DNA of 64,000 nucleotides from Cladosporium halotolerans (taxonomy: Eukaryota): the NCBI RefSeq assembly GCF_011745625.1, contig NW_027191471.1, positions 1 through 64,000 of the forward strand, read 5' to 3'. The position numbers and the translations under genes are program-made. Under the pieces are notes generated by a model. That model had not been told where the DNA came from. It saw only the letters and a program-made list of their open reading frames with translations, and did no database searches. Positions 59,582 to 64,000 of the stretch are shown here, piece by piece. The stretch's first letter is position 1, and each line of letters starts with the position of its first letter.

Positions 59582-61402
59582 ATGTCCTCTTGGATGAACA
59601 ACTTGTGAGTATCCCTAGTCTCCTTCTATTTCAATGCTCTTCGATGGCGAAGAACCACACGGGTGGAGGCGAACATTGGACAGTCTAAGAATTCCTACCT
59701 CTGCCTTTTGGGTTCGAAAGGAGACGGCCTTGCAGCTTGTCGAAGGCCCTGCCGTCTCCATTCTGAGGTTCTAGGAGAGATTCTAGGACATTGTCGAGGC
59801 AAGATCCAAGAGCTTCTCACGACGCTGGAAATCTCCGAAGCTATTATTACCAAAGCCAAAATCCTCGCATTCCGTACGCCTGGCTGCACTGGGGTTCCCT
59901 TCTGAAAAAGGGTCTCTACACCGCAACTCTTTACAGCGATCATCGAAGTTGCCTCACAAGCCACAGAAAGTACACTGTCAACGATGTTGGTGGTCCGCTA
60001 TCTTTACTTGGATAGGCAATGGGACCGGGCCTCCAGAAACATACGCAAATGACTTGCTCCCATGAAGTAGGATTCGCCATGCTGCACGACTGCATACCAT
60101 TGGTTGCTCGCGGGCGGCGGAAACGCGATGAGATGTGTCGATGCGACTAGAAATCTTTCTCTCGGTCGCTCACATTACATCTGACCTACCGCCTTCGGAG
60201 ATCTGGGCCCCTAGCCCTCGACTTTCCTATATAGGAAACGCCGGTGGTCACCTACTTGAGTGAAGTTCACATGCTCGGTACACAGCGGCTAACATCACGT
60301 GAAACAGGCGAGCCTTTGGGCGTGGCAGCAACCAAAACCGCACAAACCAACAACCTCAGAGCAGCCAGCCTCCGAGCCGCTCCAACACATCCTCACCTAC
60401 CACCTACAGTCCTTCATCGCTTGGCCCTCCTACTATTCCGCCTGCTCCAGCTTCGCCTTCACTCTCAGCCAGCATGTCTCACAACGAGACAGCTCATCAG
60501 TCAAACCAGATTCCGACCAACAAGACACCTCTTTTTTTCCGCGAAGAAAATGCAGGCTTCATTGCGCGTGGTAACTTCATGACCCTGGCTCTGAAGCCTC
60601 AGCTTGTCGAGGAAGGAGAGTGGCTGGCTCACCAGGGTAAGTCATTCATTTCTGGAAAGGCCCTGTCATGAATGGTCTGCTGACATCGCATTCAGTGTCC
60701 GAGCAGTACCGTGTCCTTGGTGGCATGCTCAAAATTGTTCAGGAGATGGACCCTACTCGTGGCACGTCGATTTGCAACACCCAGGCTTGTCCTTCCATGT
60801 CCGCAGGCTCGTAAGTTCGGTCGCTTCATCGGAAGTGCAACTCCAACGCTAATTCCCTTGAAAGCAACAACTACACCTGGATCGACCAAAATCGCAACCC
60901 GATGCCTCTTCCCGCCCCGACTTACATCAAACACATTCAAACCTGGGTCGGCGGCAAAGTTCTCGACACTTCCCTCTTCCCTATGGACCCCTTCACTTCC
61001 GCTCCCACTATCCCAACCCAAGCACAGGCACAGTCCGACCCCAACTACTGGCTCGGCAAGCCTTCCGGCTTCCCTCAGCGCTTCGAGACTGAGATCAAGA
61101 ACATGTACAAGCAGATGTTCCGCTGCTACGCGCACCTGTACTGGCAGCACTGGCTCGCCTTCTGGGATCTCAACTGTTACCGCGAGCTCAACACTTGCTT
61201 CGTTCACTTTATTAATGTCGCTCGCCTGTACAACCTGCTGAGCGAGAAAGATACCGAGCCGATGCAGCCGCTTGTGGACCTGTGGGTGAAGCAAGGCGTT
61301 TTGCCTAAGGTTGAGAAGCCTGAGGCTGGTAGCATTGGCCCTGCGCCTGGTTCCTCTGGCGGTAGCGTCGCTGGAAGTGCACCTGTCAGTGCTGCTGCCT
61401 AA
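59582..61402 (+). CDS. MOB2: Mob1/phocein-family kinase activator, Mob2 type
   Basis: Exons 59582-59604, 60308-60636, 60696-60810, 60865-61402; GNFMTLALKP..EGEWLAHQ, CPSMSAG..YTW, LPAPTYI, KQMFRCYAHLYWQH, ELNTCFVHF. Exon 1 is less certain than the rest. Confidence 0.9.
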
Positions 61403-61732
61403 GTCGCAACTGTTTGACGGCCTGAAGACTCAAGTTAACGTGGCGCTTGGTGTACGGTTTGAGAGACGTGGGACCTGACAAGGTGCGTTCGCTGAAGTTA
61501 CGGGGTTGCGGGATCTCGAGGAAGAAAAGACCCAAAGCTAAGGAAAACATCAAAGGACATGCATTTCAATCTGGAGTCGGATTTGTTTTGATGCAGTGGG
61601 CAGCAGAGCTACCACGTACAACACACATGGAATGAGATAAAGAAGCAGCTTAAGGGCCGCAAATGCAGAATGTTTACTCGATGTTTTACTCGATCAGGAT
61701 ATGTCTTCTTTTTCTTTCACTCCTGATGGACC

Positions 61733-62779
61733 TCACCGCCAACCCTCGGCCGTCCTTTTCTTCAGAGCACCGGCGGCACGGGCTTCCTTGCACCTCGCCG
61801 TGATCTCGTGCGAGTGGTACTTGCAAATATTCACATCCCATGGCATCTGGGTCTCGTCATTGAAGACAGCGCTGCCGGCGGCTGCGAACCCTTCAAGTAC
61901 ATGCTGGACGAACTCTCTCGGACCTTCCGAGTCGTCGTGCGGCTCGCAGAGACCGGTGCCACGACCTGAAGCACATACTTGTCAGTCGAAACTTCGTGGT
62001 TCGATGGTGTGATCGTTTTTTGCTTACCCTTCCAGATGTGCAAGTCGACAATGAGCAGACGCAGTTTGTCATTACGGTCGGTCTGTTCATACACTTCAGT
62101 TGCCAAGCCGGTCGGGTAGCGATCCTGGTGATGAAGAATCAGCTTGACGTGTCGCCTGACAGCTCACACGATCTGATTTCTTTACCGATTCAGTCACCTT
62201 CTCGATGATCCCCTCCACGACCGCATTGCAGAACCTCTCATCCCTCAAATCTAGTCCCAGGAGGTAAGCATGAGCCAGGCGCATCCATTCACGATCCTCA
62301 TGAATCTCGGTGTCACCATTGTCTGCATGATCCTGATCGCTATCGGCGTGGTGGCTGAAAAGCTTGCCAGTGTACAAGAACAGGCGGTAGATTTCGAAGG
62401 TTTCGTGGATAGCATTGTTGCCTTCCACGAGGTAGATGCGCTGCTGCTGCGCTCTTTCGTCGAGGATCGCGCGTGTCTTTTCTGGAAGCAAAGCTGTATG
62501 GACCGTGAAGAGATCCCGCTGCAGCCCAACGAAGATGAAGAGCACGTGGGTTTGGAGGCTGGGAGAGGATGTCAGACGATGGTCCTATGGTAACGAGGAT
62601 TCGAGAGCCGGTTGATACCCCGGGGCGAGAGAGTAGGACAGGCGAATGGTTGGTTTGACCGGAAAGTTAGGCATGGTATCGCTGGAGTGAGCGATGTCTG
62701 CTTTGTTCTTCTTGAGCTTGATAAGTACACCCGTAGGCTCGCTGCCTGTGGCTTGTCTCTTGCGGCGGCCTGGCGGCAT
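61733..62779 (-). CDS. BTB/POZ-domain protein (Dothideomycete-type, C-terminal CxYHxH)
   Basis: Exons 62779 (or 62674)-62619, 62558-62186, 62124-62028, 61965-61733; IFVG..FTVH..LL, FEIYRLFLYTGK, LAHAYLLG..LRDERFCNAV, EVYEQT..KLRLLIVD, PWDVNICKYHSH. The 5' exon is uncertain. Confidence 0.85.
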
Positions 62780-63179
62780 GCTAGCAGTGGCCCAGGTAAG
62801 GTTGTTGGCTTGGTTCTTGTGTTTGACTCGCTCGAGCACGACGGAAGGGAAGAGAAGAAACAAAGAATCCTCAATCTGATAATCACGTGCAATATGGACA
62901 CTGGTCATGTGAAGCATGTCGTTCTTGGCCTGCACGTGAATGCCACCTGTGCAGGGACACATGACCTATGGGTGATGCTGATACTGGTGACGCAAGGGTT
63001 GTGCTTGTCTATGATCTGGCTCCTCTAGCATCACGGTAGAAAACAGAGAACATGATACAGAATCGCCTCAAACATGAAGCGCTTCCAAGAAGGACCGTTG
63101 GCAGCCGATCTGTGAGAGAAATCTTCAGTTGTGCTCTGACCGCATGGAGTTCTGTATTTGCCTCCAGCAGCTAGCATGT

Positions 63180-64000
63180 TTATACATTCTTCATCTTCTG
63201 TATTTCCCGCAATGCCCTTTTCATGCCACCGAGCCTGGCCTTCTCCTTGACGATTGTCTCTCTGGCCAGCTTTCTCAGCATCTCTTTCCCAACCTTAACA
63301 TGCTCCTCCTGCCATCCCGCGAGTTCGCTCGCAACAGTCTGTTGCGTGTACCTCAACTCACATCCCAACGCTTCCATCTCTTTACGAGCTTTGTTTGCTT
63401 TGCTCCAAGCTTCCTGCGCAGCGGCTTTCTTGGTGTCTTCGAACATACCAAGATTCGGCGTCCAGCGGTTGCTGCGAGATAGCGAGTTCTGAGAGCGAGC
63501 GATGACGCGTTGCGACTGTTCCATAGATCCGATGAGGGTAGCAGGACGGTCGAGCGCGTTTTGTATCGCCGTTGAGGTGCTATGGATTGAATGCAAAGTG
63601 TAGTAGAAGCCCGCCATAGGGTTTGCCTCTGACAGGACAAGTGTGCGGGAGTAGCGTTCGAACGCCGTGATGTGGGGTTGTGGGAGGAAGACGAGAGTTG
63701 AAATAGCGTTTGAAGCGATGTGCGCAGACTCCATCAAGTCCACTTGCCGCATGCGGTATTGGTTCACGGTCCGGATTGCCCGCCGTGTGGTGCTTGTCAC
63801 GCCCTTGACTTGCTCGCGCGCATAGGCGACGAAATTGGAGACTTCCAGAGTATCTGTCACTGGCTCATATTCGTCTTTGATGTTGTCAACCCGAGACTCT
63901 GCCTTGCGTTTGCTGCGCTCAAGAAGCATTTCGCCATTGACTTCAGGTACCAAGAAAAACTCCCAAACAAGCTCATGGGTGGAGAAAGTGGCGTGTGTGA
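63180..64000 (-). CDS. 3' end of a PX-BAR protein, most like the fungal VPS9-ankyrin-PX-BAR (Vrl1-type) family; partial
   Basis: The frame is open to the window edge; HATFSTHELVWEFFLVPE resembles the end of a PX domain, followed by long amphipathic helices ending ELRYTQQTVASELAGWQE. Confidence 0.7.
   Translation of the reverse strand, partial: THATFSTHELVWEFFLVPEVNGEMLLERSKRKAESRVDNIKDEYEPVTDTLEVSNFVAYAREQVKGVTSTTRRAIRTVNQYRMRQVDLMESAHIASNAISTLVFLPQPHITAFERYSRTLVLSEANPMAGFYYTLHSIHSTSTAIQNALDRPATLIGSMEQSQRVIARSQNSLSRSNRWTPNLGMFEDTKKAAAQEAWSKANKARKEMEALGCELRYTQQTVASELAGWQEEHVKVGKEMLRKLARETIVKEKARLGGMKRALREIQKMKNV

Noticed and set aside
59709..59721. GGTTCGA resembling a tRNA T-loop or B box
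   Set aside because: No T-stem closure, acceptor stem or A box, so not a tRNA.

Overview
Gene-dense eukaryotic DNA from a filamentous ascomycete. Short GT-AG introns with CTRAC/CTAAY branch sites are seen directly; a Dothideomycete, Mycosphaerellaceae-like origin is an inference from gene style. I read about 29 intact protein-coding genes plus one pseudogene. Most are conserved housekeeping genes, often in head-to-head pairs: ERV29, NUP84, RPL9/MMS2, a hot-dog thioesterase, VMA13/DIS3, ethanolamine kinase, APQ12/TRL1, CHORD/glutaredoxin-like, an HpcH aldolase, RPP40, MON2/SEM1, TRS65, ERB1/Zn2Cys6 factor, LEO1/MOB2, a BTB protein and the 3' end of a Vrl1-like PX-BAR gene. Three immunity-like elements sit among them. 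(i) An ankyrin-repeat gene (52751-51192, minus) has a 76-nt first exon, missed by the ORF track, that encodes a HET-s-like 21-aa amyloid motif (RFRFENIRADGLARQHIGNFY) fused directly to ankyrins with no NACHT/NB-ARC domain; this is the best candidate for an undescribed system. (ii) A tandem pair of small, intron-split ISG12/IFI27-like membrane protein genes (7719-9021) is preceded by a near-perfect 58-nt hairpin. (iii) A decayed NACHT NLR pseudogene lies at the left edge. Also noted: a GC-AG intron in APQ12 and a structured 703-nt first intron in MOB2. No tRNA, rRNA, CRISPR array or recognisable transposon was found. All family assignments come from motif recognition by eye, not database searches, and exon models are manual predictions.
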